From the NCBI GenBank assembly GCA_965153355.1, contig OZ231126.1, positions 8,308,001 through 8,372,000 of the forward strand: a stretch of 64,000 nucleotides of DNA. The letters are read 5' to 3'. This document shows, piece by piece, positions 1 through 43,753 of the stretch (position 1 is its first letter; every line of letters begins with the position of its first letter). Below the pieces are notes generated by a model that saw only the letters and a program-made list of their open reading frames with translations, was not told the origin of the DNA and ran no database searches. A program made the position numbers and the translations under genes. The DNA comes from Flaccisagitta enflata. Lineage: Eukaryota.

Positions 1-245
1 GATATACCTATTTTAAAATTCTGATTCAAGATTTATATTCCTAGTAGTATTTCCAATCATTTGATAGGTCACACTATATAGTTTTATGAAAAAATAAGAT
101 TTTCATATTTTGAGCCACCGTTACTTTCTTTGTAACAGTAGCATAGAAAATGAAAATTTTATTTTTTGATAGATATATATAGTGCGACCTATCAAATGAT
201 TGGAAATTTCATCAGGAATATGAATCTTGAATCAGATATTCAAAA
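1..245. repeat. Long imperfect inverted repeat (MITE-like); related arms at ~16930-17185
   Basis: CCAATCATTTGATAGGTC...GACCTATCAAATGATTGG. Confidence 0.6.
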
Positions 246-543
246 CACTTCAATCCTAAAGTTTTATATTAAAAATTTTAAAAATTCAAAAGGTTTTAGT
301 CATTTTTGCAAAAATTTTCAAGGGAAATTTTTTTTTGAAAGGTCAACATCACATCTCCACTATAAATTGTACTTAAACCAGTCACTACCACCAGGGATTT
401 TTTTGAACTCATATCCAATTATGGCCCACTGTGTATTCCTTTTAGAGACTGGACTAATAGCCTATAGCCTATAGTTCACTACAGTCAACATTTCATCAAA
501 AGAAGTATGCTATTTATGTATTTTTCATTACCATTTCTTTGTC

Positions 544-741
544 AACAAGGCCAGATACACGGCTACCTTAGTCGCGTGCGGGTGGGCAGGGCCCGTATTT
601 GAGGTCACTTGATCATTTGGGTAGGAGCAGTGAGGTCAAAGACTGCAAAAAAAAAGTAAAGTGTGACAGACCAATGGATCGACGGATGGACGGACGGATG
701 GACAAAGCGGGGTGTAGATTCGCGTAGCACGCGACTAAAAA
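544..741 (-). mobile_element. HINE-like element copy
   Basis: Reverse-complement match to the 35733-35944 copy. Confidence 0.75.
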
Positions 742-1491
742 TCTTTAAACGGGTGTTATTTCTCTTAGCATATTTCTATATTACTACTTAACATTCATCG
801 ATGGTAGTTTAATGAATTATGAATCTTACATTGTTTTTGGATATTCATTGCTGTTCATTTCTGGAATTCTTTTCAAAATTTCTCTCCAGTGTCTGTAGTC
901 TTGACTTAAGGGTACGGATATCACCAAAATGATAAGTACCAGAGAGCGATTCATGAAGTATGGATATTCTGAAGAAAGTGTTATTCCCTATTGTTTTAAA
1001 AAAACTATTAAACTGCATGAATCTTGGTGTGGAGTCTCAAAATGGAAGCGCTCAGCATTTGTTCTATCATCAAGAGAATATGAGCATGCTTTCAGGTCAA
1101 ACTGACCTACCACCCATCAACCCAATGGGCTAGACGGCTAGTATCGATAAAAGTTGGATAACTAATTTTTCATCAATTTCGTCGAAACTTGGTGTGAAAT
1201 CATTACATAGAAAACATACGTACAACCAATCACCATTATAATGAGCTGGATACACGGCAAACCAGTCGCGAACGGTTGGGCAGAAGCGGTAATGCAAAAA
1301 CCGCTCGCAATTCAAAAATGTTACCAACGGACGGACGGACCGACTATGCAAGGTATAGAGTCGCGTATAAATATAACTTTGTTAATTTTCAATTTAGTTC
1401 CAACCTTGTATTAAGGACATAATGTTCTGTTGTCTTGGTCCGTCCGACGTTCAATCAGTTTTTCACTCCGTCCATCCGTCACACTTGAACT

Positions 1492-2270
1492 TTTTAGTCG
1501 CGTGCTACGCGACTCTACACCCCGCTATGTCGGTCCGTCGGTCGGTTGGTCGGTTGGTCGGTCGGTCGGTCGGTCGGTCGGTCGGTTGGTCGGTCCTCTT
1601 TTTGGGCAGCGGCCCCGAAGGGGTCGGTGACCTATGCTTTCACACATATGGGGAATTTTCTCTTTCTTCTCCTCCTCCACCTCCTTCTTCTTCTTCTCCG
1701 CCCCCACTCAAATCCAAGTCTTGTTCATCAGTCCATCTTTCTGTCTACCCCCACCCACCGATCAGGCCTCTCAAGCCTGAAATATGTCCTCTCAGGCCTG
1801 ACATTTGCCCTCTCAGGCTGGAAATCTGCCCTCTCAGACCTGGAACATATCCTCTCAGGTCTGAAATATGCCCTCTTAAGCCTGAAATCTACTCTCTCAG
1901 GCTTTGATTCTTTCCTCCCAACCCTCTTCATTTCAGCTCTCTTGGGCCTGAAATCAGCCCTCAGGCCTCTAATAGACCCTCTTCTGACGTCAAACTGCCC
2001 TTTCAGGCTCCCAATCAGTCCTATCAGGCCTCAAACCAGCCCGCTCAAATCAGTTTTCTCAGGATAGACATCAGCCTTCAGGGAGCTCTCAGGCCATCAA
2101 AGACCCTCAATTAGCCAATGTAAGCGCCTGGTCGATTGGATCATCCTGGAGGAACGAACGTAAGTCCCCCTTTGGAGCCACGGCTTTGCTTCCTCTCACT
2201 CCAATTCACAATCATGTAAAGTAGGGCAACGGATATCGCTGACCACATATGACGGCAAGTATTTGAAGAC
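1492..2270 (+). mobile_element. Composite HINE-like element with a 21-bp tandem array
   Basis: HINE 5' hairpin, then a GGGCAGCGGCCCC...GACCTATGCTTTCACACATATG module and (CTCTCAGGCCTGAAATCTGCC)n; related modules at 17350-17985, 18686-19260 and 63449-63856. Confidence 0.65.
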
Positions 2271-2759
2271 AACATTAAGCGTTTCAACCCATTTTTTATG
2301 TCGAATAATGATAATGCCATAATTTTTTTATAGGACAAATTGTGTCCAGAGACAGTTATATGCTGACCTAAAAAGGCCCTTTGAATCTGCACATCACACA
2401 AGAAAAGCAACAAAAAACAGGGTTTCAAGTGAATTCTATCTTATATTTTTAGTCGGGGACTAGCGACTCTATAAGAGGCTTTGTCCGTCCGTCGGTCCAT
2501 CTGTCTGTTGGTCCATCTGTCGGTTCGTCACGCTCGAGTCGAAAAGTGGGAAAACACACATTTCCGCCCCTGCCCACCCATCTGTGACCAGTATTGGCCG
2601 TGTATCCAGCCTTGTTTATTCATTTGTTGCTGATAAAATCATGAGACTCCCAAATGCAAACAAATTTTGCATTTACAAAAACATAGCCCTCTCTGTAATC
2701 CTTTTGGAAGCCGGCTATGTTCTTCATTTTTGTGATTTTTCATTTTCTATACTTCTTAT

Positions 2760-2889
2760 TAGGGATGTGGAAGCGATTGACCGCTTCCATTTTGGAGGAT
2801 GGGATAGCTACTAGTATTTGAACTACAAAATGGAAGCGGAAGCGGAAGCGGTGGAAGCGGCACTAAAATCGACCGCTTCCACATCCCTA
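2760..2889. mobile_element. hAT-type MITE
   Basis: TAGGGATGTGGAAGCG...CGCTTCCACATCCCTA termini; 8-bp TSD CTTCTTAT. Confidence 0.9.
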
Positions 2890-3768
2890 CTTCTTATTGG
2901 TAAACAAATCTGAAATTTTGAAAAATTTCTGCTGATTATCTTTAGTTGGTATTTTGTCCCATTTGAGCACAAATTTTCCATTGAAATGTTTTTTTATGAT
3001 TTATTTCAGTGATTTGTTTTATGTAATTTTTTATTTCTACTCTCACAAGATTTCCTATTTGGACGTCTGTTGACATGATAAATGTTCTCTTCAGATGCTC
3101 GCCGTCGTATTGCCCTTGAGTGACAAGTTGTGAATTATCCACACAATCTTGGGTCAAATGCTGACCTCTCTGTTAACATATCGCATCTAATGTGCTAACC
3201 ATCAGGATAGTTTCTAACTAGCTAACGTGATTCCCCTTATAAACTGTGTGTATCAGGTTGAGAAATTAAGTGTGGATTCACTGTGGAACCATCGTGTAGA
3301 GGTAGAGAAGATGAAAGTAGGTTACACCATTTCAGACCGTAATTGGAAGAAAACGGCATGATTTCGATTAAAGATTCAGGCTAAGTTAATGATTTGGAAA
3401 AAGTCGAAGAATACCTTCGGCTTTTTTAGACCTGCGGAGAAATTTGGTTTTCCTTTTTTCTTATGAGCGGTTAGTAAGTTTTTTGGGCCAAATGGGATTA
3501 CGCTTGACATTATAGCTAAGAAAGAGCTGATTTTTCTCTTTCCGATGGCGCTAAGCAGAGTTTTGCGTAATAAATAGTTTAGGAGCTATGATTTTTTTCA
3601 TCTTTTTCTATTTTTTTGCATTTTTCATATTTTTTTCAAAGATCAATATTTTTCATTGATCTTAATTTTGGACCCTATATAGCATAAAAAAAAGTCAACA
3701 TGTTACGCATATTTACTCTTACTTGCTAGCTTGCATGCCCTGCTTAACCTGAAAAACCAGTAGCGCCC

Positions 3769-3853
<85 letters not shown>

Positions 3854-5536
3854 TAGTCGCGTGCACGCGACTCTTCACCCCGCTTTATCCGTCCATCTAT
3901 CCGTCCATCGGTTGATCTGTCTGTCGGTCACACTTTTACTTTTTTTATCCATTTCATTCTTTAAAATCATTTTAGGTCATGTAAGGGTATACTTAGTCAT
4001 TCTAAGTCATTCTAAATGTATGTCTCGCACGCGACTTAGGAGTTGGCCTTGTTCTCTCTCTCTCTTTTTCTCTTTCTCTGTTTCTATTTCTCTTTCTTTA
4101 TTTCTCTCCGCATTTATGACTTTTATCCAACGGCGATTTGCCGCCTCTATTGGTAATCTAACAAACAAGGTAAATTTTGGCCCTTGTAATTTTGCGTACT
4201 CTTTAAAAAAGATGGTAATAGCGTCATAAGCGTCAGTATGTCCCATCAGCTGCGGTATTACCATATGGGCTGCTGTATTAAACCCACCCAACTCATGCCC
4301 CTACCCCGGCCCTGTCCCCCCAAGTTCACTCTTACCAAGGCTCATCTCTGCGGCGAAGGCAGTTCAGTAAAGGCATGAAATCTTTGTGCGGTTTGAGCAT
4401 AAAAACTCTCCATCTAATTTATTGAAAATAATTTAACTTCTCCATATCTCAGTTCAATGGGTCATCAGAAGAAAAAAAGGATTAATTCTAATAAATTCCA
4501 AGAACATGAGAACCAGAGAAAAGATTTTACACAACAGCCACAAACAGAATAGATAATATAAAAACGAAGAAAGAGGATTAACAAAATCAACGAGTTTATT
4601 AATTAATTAGCACCAGTTTCTCATTATTGGGTCTCACTACTTAATTTGTAATCGAGCTAAGTAGGTAAGCCATAGTTTTTTTTTTTGTTTAATGTTTTTT
4701 TTCAAGGTTTTTGATGGCATTGGAAGTTCTATTTACGTCACATTTTTATACATAAAAGTGATAATGCACCTAAATATCAACAAAAATGGAGAGACGGCAG
4801 TATGATAATGAGGAATATCATCAATCCCCCACTATCATCACCACCGCCATCGGCGAAATATAGAGCATATGAAGAAGGATGACACAGGGTATTTATGTAT
4901 GAGACTTATGCGCGCGAGAGAGAAAAAAAAACAAACAAAAAATGAATCAATGAATGTACATGGATGAAATTTATTTGGATGTGTTTGTTGTAAATTCAGT
5001 TTTAAATCATACAAATTGGTAGAGAAAAATACACAGAGCGAAAATTGTCAAAGGGTCATCAAATCTAATTTTTTGACTGGTTGTTGTTTTTGTGACATTA
5101 ACGCACGAGAAAACAAAGTCACATTTTCTCTTTATCTTTTTTTTTTAAAGACGGTCACGGTAGAAACGTTTGAATTTACGCCGTCAGACCATCTGCCGGC
5201 GCAAAAAAAAACCAAACGCATACGCGAAACGTGAATGCAAAAAAGAAAAAAAAAAGGTTAATGTGACTTTGTTAATCAGAAAATCGTCTTTCGGCTGACA
5301 CGAAGATGGAATTTTAGATGGAATTGAACGCGTTTTAGCCGGCAGACAAAATCCCGAATCACCACTTTTGATAAAATGCAATTGGAGGTGTAAATCATGG
5401 AAGTAATTTCATTATTATGCAAATTCATTTAGAGAATATGTTATATCATTTTGATGTTGTTTTTTTATATATGTAATTTGTTCTTTTTTTTTCAGAAAAC
5501 GTGAACCCAAGTGGATATAAATGCGACATGTGAACA

Positions 5537-5629
<93 letters not shown>

Positions 5630-6963
5630 ACTACTACAACGCGGTTTATATACATATGCGTAGATCGTAAGAGTGTAAGGCATCATGACTTCCTTCCAAA
5701 ATTTAGAATTGGCAGTGATAAATATCGGACGCAAAAATGAAAGGTAAAGTAATAATTAACAAAACGTCACATGTGCTTGTACTGGTATGAGACGTTTTTT
5801 GGCAGTGTAGTTCATTGAGTGTGTGTGCGTTTGCGTGAGTGTATATGTGTGTACAGTAGATAAAATTTGAAGTTACTTTTTTGTGTCTGATTTTTTTTTT
5901 TGAGGTCATTATGAGGGTAGAATTTTGAAAAAGGAAGACATGAGGCGTTTTTTTTTAAGTTTCTTTTTATATAGACCGCTTTTCTAAAAAAAAAAACAAC
6001 AAAAAAAAATCCACAAGAAAAAACAGAAAATACAATTTTGACAAGAAGGGACTAAAAAAAATCAAACACTTAGCAGAGAGACATTAAAGAAATCATTCAT
6101 ATGTCATTGAGATGATTGACCGAGCTGTTGTAGACACAATCTTTGCGCGTAGAAGTTTCTAACAAAAAAAAATCATTATCTGAAAACTCACAAAAGGGGA
6201 AAAAAAAAGAAAAAGAGGAAGAAGACTGGCACTGGCGGGACAGGAAGACATGAAAACCCAGTCCAGAATGTAAAAAAAAAATCACCGCGAAAAAAAAATT
6301 GACAAAAAATAAAAACTGAATGAATGTGAGACTGAAAGAAAAAAAATGGGCGCCAAAGCCAAAACAGCGGAAGAAAAAGCACGAAATGACTCTGCCGAAT
6401 TTAAAATATCAAATCAAATATTTAAACGCCGAGTCAAAAAGACTAAAAGAAGTATTATACAATCATCAAAAAAAATAAGTTGAAACACAACACTTTTTTT
6501 TTTTTTGAAAAACAACACTTCTTAGAACTTTTCCTTCTCTTAGACTCAACGGCGGCAAAAATAAGATGAGGGAAAGTGAAAAAAAAGAAAGGCGAGTAAT
6601 GTTTTATTAAAAAAAACGAGGAAAAACAACACAACAATTTGCAATGAATAGTTTGTATATATACCCCTTTTAGATGAAGTTCACTTTTTTAAATCTGCGT
6701 CTTAAAAACATTTACCCTTTTTTTAAATGATAGCATTTCTAGTTTTTCCTCCCTCAAACTTCCGCTGTTAGACTCTAAAAGGGCCTCAATTTCATTTTCT
6801 CCTACAGAAAATGTAAGAAAACAAAATCAGCCAAAACATCTTTCAGTGTTTTTTTTTTATTTTGAACATTTTTTTTTTCAAATTATCATGTAATTTTTTT
6901 TTTCAAAGACTGCGATCAGTTTCTGTTGTCCCTCTATGCCAAGATGAAAGAAAACGAAGGAGC

Positions 6964-7057
<94 letters not shown>

Positions 7058-7802
7058 ATTCATAAACCCTCGGGGTAGTGGATGGCATGGGCCCTTCGGG
7101 TGACTGGTACGCAAGCGCGTGGTCTTCATAGAAGATATCACAAATTTATCCCCTCGATCAGTGAGCACTTTTTCATGAATCAGTCTCTCCCTATTCACTC
7201 GTTCTATCTCAAAGAAAAGAATGTTTTAACAGAAATAGTTATCAAGATATATGAAAAGAATAAACGAAAACGAAATTAGGATCACAGGTAGTATGACGTT
7301 ATTTGATTAAAACAAGTTCAAATTATGCAAATTAAGGACATGTAGATTCGCGTCGACCCGGCAAAGGAGACCGATAGCGACCTCAAGCGAGAAGAGAAGA
7401 GAAGATCAATTGTTTCTTTGTTTTTGTTTTGTTTTTTTTTGGGGATGAATGATTTAAATAATATTCAATAATATTGCACGAGAGAGAAAAGACATATTTA
7501 TCAAACGATTTTTTAAGGCATCATATTTGGACTAAGAGTTTGTTTGTTCGGTTGTTTTTTTTTTGTTTGGTTTTTGCGTTGAATGGAAGTTAGAACCAAG
7601 TTTTTTTGTTCTCTTGCTTATATAAGCCACGTCCGTAAAAGACGAGTTCATTCTCCGGAAGGTAGGATAGGTCGGGCCGTATGACATTCCAGGATCATCC
7701 AGGATTGAGAGACAGGAAGAAAGAGAGGTGGAAAAAAGAGAGGAGGGAAAATAAAAAGAGTCAAAAGAAAAGCAGAAGAAGAAGAAGAAGTAAAAAATGA
7801 AG

Positions 7803-7808
7803 TTTATT
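7803..7808 (-). terminator. Candidate polyadenylation signal AATAAA for gene A
   Basis: Lies ~100 nt after the stop codon; further AATAAA hexamers occur near 4970 and 4597 in a U-rich (minus-strand) tract. Confidence 0.35.
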
Positions 7809-7909
7809 TTCTTATATATATGAGAGGGAGGGAGGAGGAGGGGGGAAAGCTGGAAGAAGGGAGGGGTTGTGTTTTTTTGTGTGTTGTGTTTTGGGGGTGT
7901 TTGTGTAGA

Positions 7910-37809
<29,900 letters not shown>

Positions 37810-37837
37810 GATGCGCGGAGGAGTGATCGCTGATGGC

Positions 37838-37884
37838 ACTAAGAGTCACAGTCAGCAGCACTCCCGCTCTGAGAGTGTTTTAAA
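37838..37884 (-). promoter_or_regulatory. Putative core promoter/5' leader of gene A (TTTAAAA box, TTAGT Inr-like motif)
   Basis: TTTAAAA at 37884-37878 and TGTGACTCTTAGT at 37850-37838, upstream of ATG 37809; spacing is longer than for a typical TATA-Inr pair. Confidence 0.3.
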
Positions 37885-38176
37885 CCCTTCTTCTCGCTCT
37901 CACGCTCTCACTGCAACAAATGAAACAAATGAAAACACACACAATTTTGATGTACAAGAGAAATTAGGCGAGTTTCATGTTTTGAAGGATCCCCTTTCTC
38001 GTTTTTTCTTATTCTCGTTTCCATTTTTGTCGCAATTTATTTTTTCATCTTCTTCTTTTTTGGAATCATCGCTTTACCCATCCAATCTTTTCTATTTTCT
38101 CTTTTCTGATGTCACGATAACAACATAATTGAATCATAGACTTAAAGGACCATTGAGGCCAAGACGATGATGAGCA

Positions 38177-38409
38177 TACTATCTTGCTAATAAGTATATC
38201 AACACCTGAAAAGAAGTCTTAACTTTGGAATGGTGGTACTCTTAAACGAATAAAGTTACAATTACCAGATTGGTCGCAATTTAAGGACTTAAAACAAATA
38301 TTCAAAATGAGACCAATCTGGTAATTATAGCTTTGATTGTTTAGAAGCAACACTCTTCCAAAGTTAATGCTTCTTTTGAGATGGTGATATATTTATTAGT
38401 AAGATAGTA
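38177..38409. mobile_element. Palindromic MITE-like element upstream of gene A
   Basis: Imperfect inverted repeat over ~110 bp per arm (TACTATCTTGCTAATAA...TTATTAGTAAGATAGTA). Confidence 0.7.
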
Positions 38410-39453
38410 GTACAGACGCTATCTCGCGCGCAAACACACAAGCAAATAACAAATGCGGAATCTTAAATCGCGTAGGCCGATGCGACGCCGATTATGTCCA
38501 GAGGGGCGCATCGAACGAGCGAACCAACACGCGAGCGAGCGAACGAACGAGCAAGCTGATGGTTCCCATCGCACGAGGGACACCGAGGGAGACGATGGAG
38601 AGAGAGAGAGAGCTATATCGATTTGTTGGGCTATCTCGATCGATGGTAACGCGCGACGTCGTTCACATAGAAGGAACCCCGCGAGAGAGGTACAGTCGTC
38701 GATGATACTCCTGGAGGAGGTAGAACGACAGCGAGAGAGAGAGAGAGACGGAGGGAGATGCTTCTTCTCTTCTTCCCGCTCTTCTCACTCCCCTTCCCGC
38801 AAAAAGTCTCATTTCATCACATCGAAAAAGAAAAAAAAAGGAAAGAAAATGCCGACGTAGAAGAAGGAATCTTTTCGCGAACTTCCCTCTCTTTCTCTCT
38901 TAAGATTCCCCCTTTCTCTCGACGTGGCGTTCCAAGGAGTAGAGATGCCGACATCGTCGTTGTCGTCGTCATCGTCGTCGTCGTCATCTTCTTCCTCTTA
39001 ATGATTATGGCGATGAAAAAAAGCACTAATTACCTCACTGAGGTTTGAGGCAGAGTGAAAAATGAGTGCCGGCGATTCGCTGTCGATGCCGACGCAGCGT
39101 CAACGATTGGACGAACCTGTTGTCGTCGTCGTCGTCAATGTCGTCGTCAACGGCCTCGAAGACGTCGAGAGGAATTTCCTCCAAAGAAAAAAAAAACTTT
39201 TCCTTTTCCCTCTCCCTCTAGCCTCTCTCTCTCTTTACCGACGAACCACGCGAGGGAGACAGAGAGAGAGATACTTTGTCTCCTTTCTCCTTCTTTCTCC
39301 TTCTTTCTCTTCCTCCCCCCTCTTTCATTCCGTTCCTCCTTCTCATCTTCGAAATGGTTGTCATCTTCGTCGTCATCGTCGTCAAAGTAAGAGCATCTCG
39401 TCGAGGAGCTAATTGATCGCGTCGTCGATATCATCATCCTTCACGAGAGGTTC

Positions 39454-39558
<105 letters not shown>

Positions 39559-39861
39559 GAACGCGGCGGCGGCTACGGCGGAGGATCAAGCTGAAGACGT
39601 CATCGAGAAGCGAGGAGATTTCGACGAGTTCGTCCTCAGCATCGTCAAAGCAGCAGCAGCAGCGGCCGTACAACCGCCGATTCGACGGTTTGCGGATTTT
39701 GAGATCCGCGAGACAGCAACGGCAGCTGCCACTTCTCCACTTCAGCTGCCGCTCTCTGCTGCGGATGCCGCTTTCTACTGCGTTTGCGGAGATCGAGGAT
39801 CGAAATAAGAATTGAAAAATAGATACGCCGCAGCAGACGCGCCCGCTGCTGCGCTGGGAGT

Positions 39862-39951
<90 letters not shown>

Positions 39952-39997
39952 AAAGAGAAGAAAGACAAAACGTAAGAAGGAATGACGTAACGTACGA

Positions 39998-40033
<36 letters not shown>

Positions 40034-42649
40034 CAGACAGACAGAAAGACAGAAAGAACTCCTCGACGCGTGAAACAGGATGAGGAGGTGGCGGGGATGA
40101 GGAGGAGGGGACATTTCGCGAAACCCGAAGTCCGACCTGCCGACTCGCGACCGATGATGCCGCTGCCGACGTCAGAAGGCCCGACGCGGCTGCTGCGCCG
40201 TCGCGTCTGCCGCTGCTGACGTCAAAAGTCCCGACGCCGCTGCTGAAGTCAATGGTCAGACGCGGCTGATCCGTCGTCTGCCGCTCCGGCCTTAAACCGC
40301 TTCTTTTGCTCCTGAAGGAGATACATACCTCTTCATTAACGAAAAAAGTATCGAAGGTATTAAGCTTAAATCGACTTGACGAGCTGCCGCGTCAGGTGGA
40401 GGAGCGTAGCGGCGGCAGGGACAGCAGCGGTTACAGACGCTGCATCGGCGGAGCGTCGACTTTGACGAGCCGCTTGGGTGGGTGAGGATGGGGAAGAGGG
40501 GAGGAAGGGGTTTTCAAATATGGTGGGGTTGAGACATAACTCGATTTGAAAGTAGAGGATATAACGTCTGTCGCGTGAACCTATTTACCGTCAAAACTAG
40601 ATTTGGTCGTAGAATACCTAACTTCAAGACAAAGATATATATCAGTATGTCCATTGCTCTATAGGTCTATTGGTCGTTCTATACTTAGGCAGAGGTGCCG
40701 ATTCAGCTCAGTTGCCGAATAACATGAAAAACTCAACATTTAGGCTACCGCGCTTTTTGTATACGCACATAGGCGCAGTAAGAAAAACGTCTTCGTAGGC
40801 TTTAAGAGACCCCATCTGGGGCGACAGCTACATTGAGGCGGCATACTGAGAAAAGCCGCACCGGGCAATCGGCCTAGAGAGTGGTGACTCCCCGCGGTCC
40901 CAGTCACGCTGCGCAAAGAAGAGGGAGTTGCACATAACGGAAACATGCAAGAATCATTTCCGCCATGATGAGGATACTTTTTTTTTTAATTTTGTCCCTT
41001 CGAACAAAACGACTTTATTGGTCAGTAAAACGATTCTAGATGGGAAAGATTCGTAGTTGCTTGCTGCGTTGTTTTGTTTCCTAGTCATCGGGCTTCTTTT
41101 TGTCATAAGAGTCAATAAAATACTCAGACGCTGAGAAAGATTCTTTTCTTGCTAGAAAAACGTGTATGAAACATAAAACTGCAATATGCAAATGAGGATA
41201 TAATCTTTAATCGGCCATGAATTTTTTCGAGAAACATGGCATCACCTGCAGAAGGGCTGCCGCGGATTTTGTCAAATTCGCACAGCAGCAGAAAGCTTGG
41301 AGAGCTAGCGTAGGCGAAATCGAGAATCTGGTATCCTGGTCTACACTCGAGAATTGAGAACCGATATTGCTAAAACAAGTGACGCGGGGTCACAATAACG
41401 TTCAAGGTTCCTCTTTCTTCCAGTTCTTTCTATCCTTCCTCTTTATCGCATCATTAAGCCCCTTGGCTGGCCGCACCTGCCGCACTGTGGCTCCTGACTG
41501 CCGCGTAGCAATGCTACCATGCTACACTGAATCGGCCGAATCGGCCCCTCTTTCTACTGTAGGGAAAATAAGCTAAACTTATGTTTTGGGCATTAGTCTT
41601 GTATCCAATCCCGTTTACTACGCCTCCCCCCTCAGCGTATGACATTCAAAACATTACCTTCAGGTAGCGACCAACCTAGAACCGGCAGTAGCTAGTAGCA
41701 CAGGTTTTGAAATTGACCACTATCACTATCGGTGGTTCAGTAACTAGCTAAAATAGTTGAATTGCTACTGATCGATTTTTTTCTGGCCTTGGATTGCAAA
41801 ACGCGGAATAAATTTGAACGGTTTGGAAATTAATGGATGAAGCGAATTAAAAATCATGTGTTGCTTGTTTTTCGTTAGCACTCTTATCATCCATCATCTT
41901 TTAGCACTGTCACCATGACTGTAGGGGACTATCAGGATTTGCCACGTCCACTTAGCCCATTTCAAGGCCGAGTCAGGACCAAAAAAAAACAAAAACAAAA
42001 ACAAAAAAAAGTTTTCTCACCTTTTGCATCATTCATGAATGATATTTTTTCATCTAAAGGTTCTTTTTGTAATATTTTTAACAAACACAGGTGAATTTTT
42101 CTCATCCTAGGCAGTTTTTCAGTTTCTAATTTTTTCAACCTTAAATCACTGTTAATTCAAGACCGACTTGCATTTTAAAATCGACTTTTACCACGTCCGT
42201 AATATGTGCCCCGACAAATTTAGTGTTCCAACAGTAACGAATGGTTTTTACGACGATTACTTTCATTTTATAATCAATACTCTTATGATATTTTTCCCCA
42301 AGCAACTGATCAGTTTCTTGTGAAAAGTTTGGCTCAAGATTTTTGTAAATTACTTTTTGTTACACGTTTAATAGAAGAGAAATTTTTAAATCCTTTTCCC
42401 GGCATTCAATTTTTCCTTATTTCTCTTTCCTGCCTATCTATGTCTCTCCCTCTCATAAAAAAAATCAATATCAGGCTACAAGAAAATCATGCCTAAAATC
42501 AACTGCAGTTACACCCCACTGTGATGGACCCAAGAGTAACGGAAATCTGACAAATAAAATTTATAAATCTCCTGGAATCCGTTATTACGGGGCCAGGTTT
42601 AACTGTGTCTCAAACTTTTAACCAACCCTCTCAAGCCTCAAATTAACTA

Positions 42650-42824
42650 CAGTTGAACCTCGCTCCAACGGACCCGCTTTTAACGGAATTCCACCTATAA
42701 CAGATACTAACTTTTAATCTCTTCACCTAATTTTTTTTATTTTCTTTATTGGCTATAATAAAATTCCATCTATAACAAATAAAATTTTCTATCCCCTGAA
42801 ATCCGTTAGAGCGGAGTTCAACTG
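42650..42824. mobile_element. Tc1/mariner (pogo/Tigger-like) MITE
   Basis: CAGTTGAAC...GTTCAACTG termini with TA on both sides; a degenerate relative lies at ~42505-42605. Confidence 0.8.
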
Positions 42825-43461
42825 TATCTCATACCTTACATGAACCCTCTCAGACCTCATGTCAGCCCGGTTAGCTTCTCCACGGACACCGATTTGCAAA
42901 CCTGACAAAATCTAAACTATCAAAACTCCAGAAGCAAAATCAACGGTTGTAAACAATAGCTTTATTGAATCATGGTATCGGTTATTTGGATAATTCACAC
43001 GACAGAAAGAAATTTGTAAGAAAGTTTTGTTTAATAAATTTCCGGAAATGTGGAAAACAATGAAATACAGAAAATCATAACAATTTTTAATAAAATCAAT
43101 CCAATGACTGGTCGAGCTTTTGAAAAGTGCCACGAATCGGAGATAAAGCTACGGCACTAAAAACGCTCAAAAATACAATTCTTGATTAATATCAAAGCGG
43201 AAAGTCCAACAAGAGAATGAGACAAGACAACGTACCGCAGCAAGCTGTCTAATGACCAGCTGTCCAACGGCCAGAGTAAGAATTAACTGAGCTGAAAAAT
43301 GCATTTACCGACAAAAAATCGGAATACAGGATTTATCGAGGCGTGTTTGTTCTTTCGACCCCAACCCCTTCAACACTGCACGTCGCAAAACCCTACAAGG
43401 CGGAAACGATAACGAAAGGACGTACATATAGAAATCGCAATAATCAAATATTCATCACAGC

Positions 43462-43753
43462 CAGGGGCGTATGGGAGCCAAAGTTTTAGGGGTAGCCACC
43501 CCCAGTTTGTGTCCCAACAAATTTTATAAACTGATGAAAACTATTTGCCTAATTTTTATGTATCTTCAAAAAAAATATTAATTAATATATATTTGAATTA
43601 AAACAATGAAAAAAACATTGCTCTTTCTTTTTTTTTCTTTTTATTTCTCTTTTTCTCTCTCTTTCTTTTTTTCTCTTTTTCTCTTTCTTTATATTTTATG
43701 TCCCAACAGGGGTAGCCATGGCTACCCCGGCGACCCCTTCTAATACGCCCCTG
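43462..43753. mobile_element. hAT-type MITE
   Basis: CAGGGGCGTA...TACGCCCCTG termini; 8-bp TSD ATCACAGC. Confidence 0.9.

Noticed and set aside
4007-4291. 94-aa minus-strand ORF
   Set aside because: No recognisable domain or splice support; it runs into low-complexity and HINE sequence.
39352-39391. MVVIFVVIVVK|gtaag as exon 1 of gene B
   Set aside because: Too short for a signal peptide, and phase 0 whereas the VWC exon needs phase 1.
39559-39818. Ala-rich plus-strand open frame (AEDQAEDVIEKRGDFDEF...)
   Set aside because: No start or convincing acceptor, flanked by (GA)n, and no recognisable domain.
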